Positions 23,132 to 35,035 of a stretch of DNA of 37,667 nt are shown here, in pieces. The position numbers and the translations under genes are program-made. Position 1 is the stretch's first letter, and each line of letters starts with the position of its first letter. Below the pieces are notes generated by a model that did no database searches, was not told where the DNA came from, and was given only the letters and a program-made list of their open reading frames with translations. Location of the stretch: contig JAXLNO010000027.1 of the NCBI GenBank assembly GCA_038087875.1, positions 1-37,667 on the forward strand, read 5' to 3'. The DNA is from Malacoraja senta. Lineage: Eukaryota.

Positions 23132-25024
23132 ACAGTGATGATATCAATGATGATACAGATTTTACTAATTATTCACGAAAATCTTTCTCAAGTGTGTAGT
23201 TGGAACATTGAGAGGATTAAACTTGATAACCACCAGAAGTGGTTTAATGATTTTAATGATTGTTAAGTGCATTTAACCTGCACTTATTGATTGCACCGAC
23301 AACAAGATGCTAATTCTGTACTGTTGGATTAATTCTAATTTATTTTTTAAACATAATCATTTATGGGAATTGGAATTGGTAGCAAGGCCCACCAGTAATG
23401 GTCCTTTAGAAGATTGTGATAAGTCGTTGCCTGTGGTTAAACAGGGCTTGGCAGAGCAATTCCAACCCACAGAAATTCATGAGGCTGCAGAGAGTGTGGA
23501 ATCAGCCTGGTCCATCCTGACCCCAACCCTCCCACCATCAGAAGCATCTACAATGGTCAAGTGCTTTCATTTTCTAATGTGCAAACACACAGTGAAATTC
23601 TTTTTTTACATACAGTCCAGTATTGCAATACCTAAGCAGATCACCGATTAGCAAGTGTACAGAAATAGTCTACTGAGCCGCATGCAAGCCTCCGTGTTTT
23701 GGCCCCAGTTTTGAAGTCTGGTCCGCGCTCTAGTTCTTATGAGTGGAGCCGAAACCATGCCGGCCCATGCAGCATGAAGTGCTGCATCAAGGAGGTGCCA
23801 TCTCTCAAGAAGGACCCTCACCATCTGGGCTCTGCCCTCTTCTCATTGCTACAATCGTGAAGAGAAACCTAAACTGCCATACCACCAATTTCAAGAACAG
23901 TTATTTTCCTAAAGTCATGAGTCGACCGGTCAACCCTATTCCCCCCTGGGCAACAGAACACTATGAAACACCTCCTGCACTACCATGGATGTTTTGTAAT
24001 TGGGTTTGCACAATAGTCTTGCTTTTTTTTAATACGGTCTTTTACTTTTCACTGTTGTGTGTAATTTGTGTAAAGTTTGGATCTGTGTGCCTGTGATGTT
24101 TCTGCAAGCAAGATTTCCACTGCACTTGTACATAAGACAATAGCTCGACTTGACTATGTCATCACAAAGCTTTTGGGGAGGGAGGTCCATAAATTTTAAA
24201 GCAGCCAGTGTAAGGAACAAGTAAATTACTGAGCTGTGCCCGTGTTTATATGGGATGCAGTATGTAGGTGGTGTTCTCATCCATCTACTGTGCTTGTGTT
24301 CTTGGCCTCTGGCTGCAAATCATGGGATGCCAGTCAGGTGGACTCCATTGGTCTGAGTGGTGTTGAGGTTATTGAGCGTTACTCAAGTCTTTACCCAGTC
24401 CTTGACTTTCTCTGGCAGCTTGATTTGCTTTGTGTGGCCTCTGCTCATTTCCTCAATCATGTTCGATTCCTGGAGGAGGACCTGTCAGGCTACCGATGCC
24501 TTGAAGTGGTTTTGTTTGCTCACGCTCTTATGAAGCGCCATGAGACATCTCACAATGTTGGAACTGTTATGTGAACATAACTCGTTCTATTCCAGCAAAA
24601 GTCATTTGTCAACCAAAAACAAACACCTCAGCATCAGGCCAAAGGCCCTTAAAACTTTGTGCAAGATTGAAAATGCTCTCAGAATCAGTATTATTCCATC
24701 AAAAGCCAGCAGAAATAATCTATCGACCGTCCTGTGGGGAGTTGCTGATATGTGGGAACTGTACTGGAGTTGGGACGCTGGTCCTTCCTATTGTTTAACA
24801 TGTGGTCAGTTATGTGAGAGTGTAAGCAAGGTCATGTGGCTCTAAAATAGGCAACGCGATCATCACATCAGTGCTCCACAATGTGTGGAAACATGATCTG
24901 ATGGCTCTGCATATCGTGAACAGTCATTAGGTGTATGTGTGCAAACATCTCAATGAAGATGGCATCACCCAGATCACCAACTGAATGTTGGACTTATTGA
25001 GGTGCAACCATATGAGAGTGGTGA

Positions 25025-25153
25025 CACAGGAGACTGCAGATGCTGGGATCTAGATCTACAAACTATCTTCTAGAAAAATTCAGTGGGTCAAGCAGCATCT
25101 GTGAGGGAAAGGAACTGTCAACTTCTCAGATTGAAACCCTGCATCTGGACTGA
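25025..25153 (-). mobile_element. Degenerate Penelope terminal repeat
   Basis: agactgcagatgctgg...cagtgggtcaagcagcatctg, similar to the other copies. Confidence 0.5.
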
Positions 25154-25159
25154 TGTGGA

Positions 25160-25320
25160 TAGAGTCCTAGAGCACGGAAACAGATGCCTCAGCCTAACGT
25201 GCCCACACTGACCAACATGTCCCATCTACACTAGTCCCACCTACCTGCGTTTTGGCCCATATCCCTCTAAACCTATCCTATCCATGCACTGTTTAAATGT
25301 TTCTTAAATGTTGCAATTGT
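25160..25320 (-). mobile_element. CR1 3' end fragment
   Basis: Reverse complement resembles 37110-37263. Confidence 0.65.
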
Positions 25321-25774
25321 TCCTGTGAAGCATTGACAATATCTTCCAGCCCAACAAATGTTGCTCGAATCACAGAGTTCCTCCAGCAGATGATTTGTTA
25401 CCCAGGAGAGGGTGATGACATGGTAGTAGATGACCTTGCTGCCTTCTCCCAGCACAGCAGCTGTCACTTTAAGTTAGTAAAAAAGTACTTTACCACCAAA
25501 CGTGACACCTTTATAGAAACAAGATATATGGAAATTTGTGAATTACTCCAATAATCTGAAGAAGTAACAGCAACAATCATATAAACATTGATAATCCCTT
25601 TAAAGCGTGGCCATGGATGTTTCATCACAGAGGCTCACATTACGTTCAGCTGCGTGAGGATTAGGCATGGCAAACAGCTTCAAATGTAGCAGACTACTGT
25701 CAATTCCATGGGTTCACTGCCATACTCAACATAGGCTGCAAAACATGGCTTCTCTAAGTGCCCAGCCAAACACC

Positions 25775-25998
25775 GAATGCTTCTTCAGAGGGACTCAACA
25801 CGTCAGGCAGCATCTGGGGAGGAAATGAACAGGCAGTGCTTTGGGACGGGATCCTTCTTCAGACGTTCTGATGTTTCAGTCCAAAAATGGGTCTTGACCC
25901 AAAACATCACCCATTCCCAAGCGCTGCCTGACCAGCTGACTTCCTCCAGCACTTTGGGTTTTGCTCAAGATTTCAGCTGCTGCAGTCTCTTGTGTCTC
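25775..25998. mobile_element. Degenerate palindromic Penelope remnant
   Basis: tcaggcagc...ccttcttcagac / gggtcttgacccaaaacatcacc...gctgcctga. Confidence 0.6.
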
Positions 25999-26035
25999 CA
26001 TTTTTAGTGTGCAGTCAACTCACAGCAACCATCCG

Positions 26036-26345
26036 GAAGAGTGGCGCAGCTGGTACACTGTACCAGAGACACAGGTTCGGTCCTGACGTCAAGTGCTGAC
26101 TATGTGAATTTTGCATGTTCCTCTTGTGACCACCCACATGGGTTTACTCCTGGTGCTCCAGTTTCCTCCCACATCCCAAAGATGTGTGAGTTTGTAGGTT
26201 ATTTGGCCTCTGTAAATTGCCTGTAGTTTGCAGGGAGTGGATGTGAAAGTGAGATAACATAGAACTAATGAGAATGGGTGATCAGTGGTCAGCATGGACT
26301 CAGTGGGCCGAAGGGCCTGCTTCCATACTGTATATAAAACTAAAC
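26036..26345 (+). mobile_element. tRNA-derived V-SINE (HE1-like)
   Basis: A box gtggcgcagctgg, B-box-like ggttcggtcc, V-domain gggtttactcctggtgctccagtttcctcccacatcccaaaga, CR1-like tail gggccgaagggcctg...aactaaac. Confidence 0.8.
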
Positions 26346-26668
26346 AACTTTGCACATGTCTGCTCTGCTTCATATTGAATATGCACACATCACAGACACG
26401 CCAAACCAACACCACCTCTGCTGCCCCAGTTCTATGTAAAAGCTCCCGTGGCACTCTTTCAGAGTAGGCACAGTTTCCTGGCCAATATTTCTCCCTCAAG
26501 CAAAATTACTAAAATAGAAATGAAAGCATGACATTTGCTGCCCAACACAACAAACTTCACAAGAGCTTTCACTTCCAGCCTTGGTTATCTTTATACCTGG
26601 TTATTGCAGTGACATTGAATTCATGACATTGATGCTTGAAGTCCAAAAAAAATTGACTTTGGCCCTGG

Positions 26669-26728
26669 ATGATTAAAATCTGGAGAGTAATGAGCTCTCG
26701 ATCCTAGTCGGCTGATCGAAGCTCACAT
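26669..26728 (+). repeat. Left arm of perfect 60-bp inverted repeat
   Basis: atgattaaaatctggagagtaatgagctctcgatcctagtcggctgatcgaagctcacat is the exact reverse complement of 28895-28954. Confidence 0.97.
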
Positions 26729-27479
26729 CAAGATGAATAATGAATAGACAGATTTTCATCACTTCCAAATCTCAAGGTAATGAGAGAGAGATGAAAATAT
26801 CCAACGTCTACTCAGCAGATTCTAACCATCCAAAACCAAATTCTAATCTTTTAAATGCACAAAATTAAATGGTAACTAATATTAGTTAACTTACATAACT
26901 GCCATGTAATGTCATTGTACTTAAGTGAAATATCTCTTCTCCAGCATTCGCCCTGAGGATCATGTTTCACATCACTGTGTGTATTTTTTAGTCCCATGCT
27001 GAGGTGATTGAAAATTGTGAAAAGTTGCAGATGTACTGAAAGTAAGGGCCTCGGTAAATTATGATCAGTGGCTTTCTTGTAAACACGCATGGGGTCTGAT
27101 TTCAAAAGATAAAAATGAAAATAATTAAAAGAGAACACCAGCAGTGGATATTGTGCAAACACAAAGAAAAGTTGTCAGTTAAGTTATAGTGACATTTGAC
27201 ATCTACCCAGAGCAATATTGTACAGTTGTTTTTTGCTTCATTTTAATCACGTTAGTGCTAATTGACTTTGTCATTGCTGATATTTTCTCAGAGGGAGAAA
27301 ACTGCAGGAGCTCTTTGACATTCACATTGTCGTACAGTCCATACATTCAGTTTTATTTGTTCTCTGCATTAATAATCTCCACACATTTTGTGTACTTAGC
27401 ACCACTGCCACTCATGTGGCTTCCTGGGATGAATCAAACCAAGTGCTTTGAAAGGCATCCACTCTGAACTTCGCCCCTC

Positions 27480-27860
27480 AAGCTGAGCCGAGACTGATGC
27501 CCCTTGCCACAGCACCTCTGCATTGGCTGCAGCGTGCCCCTCAGCATACACACAGTCTGGAATGTGCATTGTACTGCAGCAACAACAACAAGTTTTGGGC
27601 AGACCCAAGAGCGCCTTTCACCAAGATGATGATCTTCCATCATGTATGTCTCTATGCATCCCTGGGAACAACCCCTCAATCAGAGATTCCTCTGTCATCT
27701 GGTTCAAAGGCGCCTTGCTACTGCAAGACACCTTGCAGCCTTCTCCAGACCTTCACAGCCTGTAAAGGAGTGGGCAACTGTCTCCTCCTCATTGCAGTCC
27801 TGAGGGCATCACGTGTTGACAGCGAGATTCTGACCATGCAGGAAGGATGTGTCAGGCCCA
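27480..27860 (-). mobile_element. Ancient L1/Tx1-clade LINE ORF2 3' relic
   Basis: Degenerate resemblance to remembered Tx1-like C-terminal sequence (aagttttgggcagacccaagagcgcctttcacc, ccctgggaaca); no intact frame. Confidence 0.4.
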
Positions 27861-28025
27861 GACCCACATGACAATCCCTTGAGGCCTTGGCCTCACTTCC
27901 CCAGCCAACAATGGACCCACCAGGCAGCACCCAGCCTGAGGTAATTTGTGGCTGGACCTGATTGGTCTTGGCCCTGATCCTGGTCTTTTCTCGCCTTCTG
28001 CCCTTCACCTTCCCCCACCTCTGCA

Positions 28026-28741
28026 ACAAGACCTGGGTGTGCTAGTACATCAGTCACTGAAAGTAAGCATGCAGGTACAACAGGCAGTGAAGAAAGCTAT
28101 TAGCATGTTGGCCTTCATTGCGAGAGGATTTGAATTTCGAAGCAAGGAGGTCCTACTGCAGGTGTACAGGGCCCTGGTGAGACCACACCTAGAGTATTGT
28201 GTGCAATTTCTGTCTCTTAATTTGAGGTAGGACATTCTTGCTATTGAAGGAGTGCAGCGTAGGTTCACCAGGTTAATATCCGGGATGGTGGGATTGACAT
28301 ATAATGAAAGAATGGGTCGACTGGGCTTGTACTCACTGGAATTTAAAGGATGAGAGGATATCTTATAGAAACATATACAATTCTGAAGAGATTGGACAGG
28401 CTAGATGCAAGAACATTTTTCCCGATGTTGGGGGAGTCCAGAACCAGGGGTCACAGTTTAAGAATAAGGGGTATGCCATTTAGGACTGGGATGAGGGAAA
28501 AAAAATTCACCCAGAGAGTTGTGAATGTGGAATTCTCTGCCACAGAAGACAGTGGAGGCCAATTCACTGGATGTTTTCAGGAGAAATAGATTTAGCTCTT
28601 AGGGCTAATGTAATCAAGGGCTATGGGGAAAAAGAAGGAACGGGGTACTGATTTTAAATGATCAGCCATGATCATATTGAATGGCCGTGATGGCTCGAAT
28701 GGCCTACTCCTGCGCCTATGTTTATATGTTTCTATGTTTCG
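28026..28741 (+). mobile_element. CR1 3' fragment
   Basis: DLGVLVHQSLKVSMQVQQAVKKA...[12 protein letters not shown]; (tgtttcta)n tail. Confidence 0.9.
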
Positions 28742-28894
28742 ATGAATCCTGCTATATTCAGTGGAAATCTATTTCACTTTAGTATTCAAATGTGGCTTGA
28801 ACACATGGGTAGCTTCAAAGACTTGAATGTAAAAGGAATCAGCAGAGAAATTGCACGTCTCACCATTTCCAATGTGCAGGTGGTGTGTTAGCAT

Positions 28895-28954
28895 ATGTGA
28901 GCTTCGATCAGCCGACTAGGATCGAGAGCTCATTACTCTCCAGATTTTAATCAT
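28895..28954 (-). repeat. Right arm of perfect 60-bp inverted repeat
   Basis: Exact reverse complement of 26669-26728. Confidence 0.97.
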
Positions 28955-29091
28955 GAGTGTTTCCAGCATATCTTTAAATTTCAATTAAAACATTTTTATT
29001 GAAGGGGTGAGGTGAGCAGAGAGATTGCTAAAGAGCTGCTATGGCTCTTGCCAAAGTTTATTGTTTTCACTGTATGCGTTTTGTTTTGTAG

Positions 29092-29165
29092 ATGGAAGTT
29101 CTTTAAGTTACCAAGAGAGAAATTGGATAGTGCCGGAGAAGACTGCAGGTCAGTGGAGCCTGTGG
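29092..29165 (+). CDS. Candidate internal exon of an unidentified host gene
   Basis: Pyrimidine-rich acceptor ttttgttttgtag, donor TGG|gtaaga (alternative CAG|gtcagt at 29149), apparently non-repetitive; open in two frames (e.g. DGSSLSYQERNWIVPEKTAGQWSLW). Confidence 0.35.
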
Positions 29166-29373
29166 GTAAGAGGAATGATTCCTCCTGTGATCCACTCTCT
29201 GTTACTGGAATCAGGATGAATATCACCAACTTCACTGTAAAGTCAAATGCAGAGTCATTTTAGCTTGCATGAACAGACACAGAATATAGAGCATGAGCTA
29301 CAGGAAGAGGTTGGGCACACTAGGACTTTATTCCCTGGTACATAGTAGGAAGAATGGTGATTTTATAGAGGTA

Positions 29374-30130
29374 CTAGACTGTGGGACCCGTTGGGTCCCA
29401 TGTTCACACGGGAGGGCTTGTCCCCGAACACAATATTCCTCCTCTCCACCAATTCCAATATTGGTGGCCAATGGAGGGGGGGGGGCTTTCTGGAATGCTA
29501 GTATGGACTTTGTGGGCCAAATGGATTCTTGGGCTGGCAGCTCAGTTACCCAAGCCTGGTGTGCTGGCAGCTCACTCACTCACAGCTGGTGGACTGGCAG
29601 TTGACTCACGGCTATTCCTTGAAATTCCATTTCAAGCAGAGTGCAGGCCACCAAATTCAAATGCAGTTTCCTACCATTTCAAGCAGGGTGCAAGGCCACC
29701 AAATTCAAAAGCAGTTTCCTACCATTTCAAGCAGGGTGCAAGGCCACCAAATTCTAAAGCAGTTTCCAATCATTTCAAGCAGGGTGCAAGCCCACCAAGG
29801 TGACCTCTCCCTCTCCCTCTCCCTCTCCCTCCCCCGTCTTGCAGAGACTGAGCCACAGCCACACTTCCGGAATTTATAGTCCCTCCCCCTCCCACTGGAA
29901 GGGGCGTGGCCTTTATGGCAGTGATTGACAGGAGAAAGAATCTCAACATTTTTTAAACACTAATAACTCTTTTATTGTTCATCGAAGGAAAAAATCCTCT
30001 TAGATTCGCAGCGGAGGGGGGATCTATGTAAGATGGCCAAAAATCACAGCCGTAAGTGGTAGCGCTTTTTCTAAAATCAATATGCAGTGCAAACAGGAAG
30101 TGGTCAAGATGAGACTTTTAATTATGTAGA
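29374..30130 (-). mobile_element. Non-autonomous Helitron (757 bp)
   Basis: Minus strand begins TC and ends CTAG, with hairpin gggacccaacgggtccc 5 nt before CTAG; inserted between A and T of the CR1 with no TSD. Confidence 0.85.
29628..29798. repeat. ~48-bp minisatellite, ~3.5 copies, inside the Helitron
   Basis: Unit catttcaagcagggtgcaaggccaccaaattcaaaagcagtttcctac. Confidence 0.9.
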
Positions 30131-30515
30131 TATAAGTTCATGAGGGGAATAGATAGAGTAGATGTCCAGATGCTTATACCAAGACCAGGGGAATCAAGAA
30201 CCAGCGTACATAGGTTTAAGGTGAGAGGGGAAAGATTTAATAGGAATATGAGGAGCAACCTTTTTCACATGGAGGGTGGTGGGTATATGGAATGAGTTCC
30301 CAGAGGAAGTAGTTGAGGCAGGTACCATAACAGTATTTAAAAGACATTTGAACAGGTACATGGATAGGAAAGGTGGAGAGGGATATGGGCCAAAAACAGG
30401 CAGGCAGGACTAGTGCAGATGGGGCATGACACAAAATGCTGGAGTAACTCAGCGGGTGATGCAGCATCTCTGGAGAGAAGGACCCTTCTTCAGACTGATG
30501 ACAGGGGAGGAGGTG

Positions 30516-30719
30516 TGTAAAGAATCTATAACGAGGCATCGTTACTTTACTATCTTTATTCATACTGGAGCATTACATATTGCACTAGCTGTACGTGGTC
30601 TGTCACAGGAACTAGAGAGCGATCTGTGGGTGGGGAGGTTGTACTTATACTTGTGATATGGGGAGTGGTTAGTAGGTATGAGGTCACTATGTTAAAGGCA
30701 CATGCATATATCATCTACA
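30516..30719 (-). repeat. Gypsy 3' LTR
   Basis: Direct repeat of 35036-35239; adjacent PPT. Confidence 0.95.
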
Positions 30720-30732
30720 TTCTTCCCCTCCG
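30720..30732 (-). other. Polypurine tract of the Gypsy element
   Basis: ggaggggaagaa immediately before the 3' LTR on the minus strand. Confidence 0.85.
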
Positions 30733-30788
30733 AATCGACAGGCAAATACAATGGTGACAGGGCGACCACGGCTCATGCGCTAGGATGG

Positions 30789-33700
30789 TTAAACAAAATC
30801 GCCATAGCGGTCAGGCGGTTTGACAAGACGTCCCGAACGGGTTCGCGTCTCGCCATCCTCCCTTCCGGCAGGAGGAAGAAGCACTGATGGGGACAGACGA
30901 ACCTGAAAGGGGGACACGGGAGGAGACGGAGGAGACCGCGGCACCAAACCCGGAGGTGATGCGGGATCAGGAGCGGGCAGTGCGCGGGCAGGCGAGCGAG
31001 GACTAGTCGGAGCAGGGTGGGACGGAAGGAGTTGAGGAGGTGCAGAACGTTGCATGTTAGGAAGGACGGGCAGAGCAACGCCCGGACGCGAAGCCGGCAG
31101 TGGGGGAGCAAAGGGATCCGCGGCAGGAGGACGCGGCTCGTTGACGAGCCGAAGGTGCTGGCGGGACCGTCGGTAAATGGCTCCAGCATGGTCGATGAGA
31201 TAAGACCTGGGCGACCCCGCAGAGCCGACGACGGTGGCGAGCTTGCAGTGACCGGAAGTGGTCTGCATACGGACAACTTGACCGGGGAAGAGGCGCGGCA
31301 GCGGGTGGCAGGACCTGTCATGGGAACGCTTTTGGACATTGTGCCTGAAGGCAATGCGTTTCTGAACCGCCGCAGGTGGGAGGACGGAGGGTATGAGGGA
31401 GCGCTGGGCCACCGGGAGCGGGAGCCTGGTAGCGCGAGACATGAGCCGCTGAGCAGGGGAACCCATGGCAGAGTCGCGGGAAATGTTGCGGAGGTTGAGG
31501 AGGGCCAGATGGAAGTCGGAGTTAATGCCACCACACTGTTCCAGCAGGTGCTTCGCGCTGCGGACGGCACGCTCGGCCAGACCGTGCTGGTGAAATGGCG
31601 GAAGTTCCATCTGGAAGCGAACGCTTTAAACTCGGAGCTCTTGAACTGGCTGCCATTGTCCGATTGCAGGCTTGCCGGGGGGCCAAAAGTGCCAAAATGA
31701 GGGTACAACCTGTCGATGATGGCCGAAGAGGTTAGGGAGTGCAGCCGGTCGACCACAAACCAGCTGGAGTAGGAGTCAACGAGAACCAGGAAGTGTTTGC
31801 CTCGCCACTCGAAAATGTCGGCGGCGAGCGCCATCCAGGGCAGTTCGGGCGCGGGCTGCTGCAGAAGCGGCTGACGCTGCTGGTGGGGGGCGAGGCTGTT
31901 GCAGGTGGAACACGAGGAGACCCTCTCCCGGATGTATTTGGCCATGTCCAGCCAATAGAACTGGCTCCTGGCGAGAGACACGGTGGCTTCGGCCCCAGGA
32001 TGACCGCGGTGAGCGACTTGAAAATAGTGGTCGTGCAGCGCCGCGGGCACGACCACCTTGTGACCCTTCACCACCATGCCGTCGTGTAGTAGGAGCTCAT
32101 CACGGACCAGGAAGTAGGGCACGGCACCAGCCGGCAGTGCGGAACGACGGTCGGGCCAGCCCCGCTGGATGACGGCAGACAGCTGTTGCAGGGCAGGGTC
32201 ATTGGTAGTGTGTTCAACCAGGGACTTCATCTGTTGTGAAGGGACGATGTCCATTTGGAGCACCAATAGATCAGACATCTCATATGGGTGGCGAACGGTG
32301 GACGACAGCGGGGCGCGAGACAACGTGTCGGCCACGAACATGTCCTTGCCCTTACGATAAACCACCTTGAACGTGAAGCGCTGGAGCTGCAGCATCATGC
32401 GCTGTAGGCGTGATGAGGCCACATGGATCGACTTGTTGAGGATGGTGACAAGTGGCTGATGGTCAGTTTCAATGGTGAAAGTGTTGCCCATGATGTAGTC
32501 TCTGAATTTGGAGCAGGCAAACACCACGGCCAGTAGCTCCTTCTCAATCTGCGCGTAGTGCTGTTCGGTGACGGTCATGGTGCGGGATGCGAAGGAGACA
32601 GGCAGCTGTAGGCCGTCATGGACCTGGAGACAGGCGGCACCGAGTCCGAACTGAGAGGCGTCGCAGGTGAGGACAATGGGACGCTGCAGGTCAAAAAACT
32701 TGAGCGTGGGGGTGCTGATCAGCTTGGACTTAAGAATGTCGAATGCTTTCTGATGGTGGGGGAACCAAGCCCAGGACGTGTCCTTTTTTATCAAATCCCT
32801 CAGGGGAGCGCTGAGCTCGCTGAGGTCGGGGATGAACTTCCCCAGGTAGTTTACCAAGCCCAGGAAGCGTTGTAGGCCTGCCACATTAGTAGGAGAAGGC
32901 ATCCCTGAAATGGCAGCCGTCTTTTGCGGGTCTGGCTTTAACCCCTCGGCGGTGAATACATGTCCAACATAGGTGACCTCCGGGACGCGGAATCGGCACT
33001 TCTTGGGGTTAAGTTTCAAGTTGATTTGCCGGGCCCGGTCCAGGACCTGGCGGAGGTTGACATCGTGTTCGGCAACGTCCTTGCCGTAAACGAGGATGTC
33101 GTCAACAATGATGGCGCATGGTAGACCTGAAAACAACTGCTCCATTGTCCGCTGGAATACCTCGCTGGCAGAGTTGATTCCGAATGGCATTCGGAGGAAC
33201 CGAAACCTCCCGTAGGGGGTGGCGAAAGTTGTCAAAATGGACGACTGCTCGTCCAGTGGTATCTGCCAGAAGGAGCTTTTGGCATCGAGGACAGAAAAAA
33301 CCGTTGCCGGACCAACCTGTGCAGCGACTTCTTCTACCGTTCTCATGGGGTAGTGCGGGCGTCTAATGGCCAGGTTGAGGTCTTTGGGGTTGATGCAGAT
33401 GCGTATCTCGCTCATGTCCTTTTTCGCAGCAACAACCATGGAAGAGACCCACCTGGTGGGCTCGATGACCGCCTTTAGGATGCCCATTTGTACCATACTG
33501 TGTAGTGTCGACTCCACTCTGTCCTTCATGGCGAAGGCGACACGGTGAGGAGCATTGACCACTGGATCGATCTTACGGTCCACTACAATCTTGTAGCTGC
33601 AGGGTAGTTTGCCTAGCTCATCATCAAAGCGGTCGGGATAATCGGCCAGCGGGTCCATGAGGGCCTGCACCTGGTGGATGTCACGGTGGAAGGATACTAG

Positions 33701-33830
33701 TCCCATTTCCTGGCATGCCCGGATGCCCAGCAGGGGAATGCATTTTTGATCGAGGAGATAGAAGTTGAGGGGCCGAGAGGTCTCTAGTATCTTACAGCGT
33801 AGCGTGGCCTTGCCCACAGGAGTAAGAATC
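30789..33830 (-). pseudogene. Gypsy pol (RT, RNase H, integrase), frameshifted near 31585
   Basis: LDAKSSFWQI, RMPFG, IVDDIL, CDASQFG, IEKELLA, TDHQPL, ADTLSR, H-H-C-C, ADIF, SDNG; GLAERAV continues in another frame. Confidence 0.9.
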
Positions 33831-34938
33831 TTCCCCCGTAGGCATGCAAGGTCGAGTTCTGAGAAAAAATCTGCTCATTAGTCCTTATCTGTTTGAAGAG
33901 AGATGTTGACATTACGTTCGCAACCGCCCCCGTGTCAATCTTAGCAGTGAAGGTCGAGTTGTTCACAGTGACTCGCACAGAAGGGTCCGTTATCATAGCA
34001 GGTGCGCCCAACACAGTATACAAGCTGTTCTCCCCCTGAGAGGAGTCGGATGCAGAAACAGACTGTGCATCGAAATAGCACTGGGAGCTGAGCTCACTAT
34101 CAGTTTGCAGAAGGTTGTTTAAATTTCCCCTCGGAGCAGCGACAGGCTTCCCACGGGAGCGACAGGCCGCAGCAAAATGGTTCAATTTCTTGCAGACATT
34201 ACACGTTTTACCCAAGGCAGGGCACACATTGTATTGATGAGTGGTGAAGTTGCAATTAGGGCACCTTTCCCGGGTACCTCCCCCAGGAGCAGTACCGAAC
34301 CCCGGGGCACGTCCCCCTCGAGCAGCGAGCGACCCCGGGGGCCGCGACCGGGGCGTGTTCATCAGATGACTGGGAGTGCTGGCAAAGTTAATCGCCTGTT
34401 CAGCCGGTGACACCGCCGAGGTGACAGCTTCAGCTAAGCGAGTGGCGTGCATCGCATCGTTAAAAGTCAGATCCGGCTTGCGCAGAAGTTCGGCCCTGAG
34501 CTTATCATCGCGGAGACCGTAAACCAGAAGGTCCCTGATAATCTCATCGGGGGTCCACGTGTGGAGGCGGCAGCGCCTGGCCAGGTGGCGCAGCCCAGAG
34601 ACATAGTTCTCAGCATTTTCCCCAGGGAGCTGACGCCGCACGAACAGTTTAAAACGTTCTAAGATGCAGTTTGTTGGGATATCACAAATAGCATCAAACT
34701 TAGCCACCAGACATACCGGGTCCCGAGCTGATTCTCCAGCAGCGTAGACGAAGAAGTCAGAGCGAGTCAGGGCCTCGGGACCAGCCAAGTTGAGAAGCAG
34801 AGAGGCTTTGAGATCAGCGGTGGCGGCAGGATGAGCGATCGTGACATAGTGTTCAAAGTCACGTTTGAATACGTCCCATCGAAGGGCGATGTCTAAATCG
34901 AAAATGAGCACATCAGGCTTACGGGCAGAAGAGGCCAT
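33784..34938 (-). CDS. Gypsy Gag plus aspartic protease N-half
   Basis: ATG at 34938 (MASSARKP); knuckles CPNC..H..C and CNVCKKLNHFAAAC; protease IDTGA; frame shifts near 33830. Confidence 0.85.
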   Translation of the reverse strand: MASSARKPDVLIFDLDIALRWDVFKRDFEHYVTIAHPAATADLKASLLLNLAGPEALTRSDFFVYAAGESARDPVCLVAKFDAICDIPTNCILERFKLFVRRQLPGENAENYVSGLRHLARRCRLHTWTPDEIIRDLLVYGLRDDKLRAELLRKPDLTFNDAMHATRLAEAVTSAVSPAEQAINFASTPSHLMNTPRSRPPGSLAARGGRAPGFGTAPGGGTRERCPNCNFTTHQYNVCPALGKTCNVCKKLNHFAAACRSRGKPVAAPRGNLNNLLQTDSELSSQCYFDAQSVSASDSSQGENSLYTVLGAPAMITDPSVRVTVNNSTFTAKIDTGAVANVMSTSLFKQIRTNEQIFSQNSTLHAYGGRFLLLWARPRYAVRY

Positions 34939-35035
34939 AACAAAGAAATGGGAGGGCGGGGGAAACAAAAAAACTGGGACAAAATTAAATGATAAACCGA
35001 TATACAGGAGGCGCAAGGTAAGTGGTTTGACACTA

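Larger units (their letters stand above)
29285..30428 (+). mobile_element. Old CR1 3' fragment split by a Helitron; tail continues at 35893-35967
   Basis: SYRKRLGTLGLYSL...GDFIEV continues after 30130 (YKFMRGIDR); tail interrupted at gatggggcatg. Confidence 0.8.

Noticed and set aside
26660..26720. C/D box snoRNA (ggatgat...ctga)
   Set aside because: Box C is imperfect, the span is too short and there is no terminal stem.
26691..26725. Iron-responsive element (bulged C hairpin)
   Set aside because: Lacks the CAGUGN loop and has a 6-bp rather than 5-bp upper stem.
29628..29798. Regular repeats resembling a CRISPR array
   Set aside because: Head-to-tail units with no unique spacers, eukaryotic context, inside a Helitron.
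31017..31700. 227-aa plus-strand ORF
   Set aside because: Antisense shadow of GC-rich Gypsy integrase.
33815..33845. Programmed ribosomal frameshift between gag and pol
   Set aside because: The shift falls inside the protease domain and there is no canonical X XXY YYZ slippery heptamer; a 1-nt deletion is simpler.
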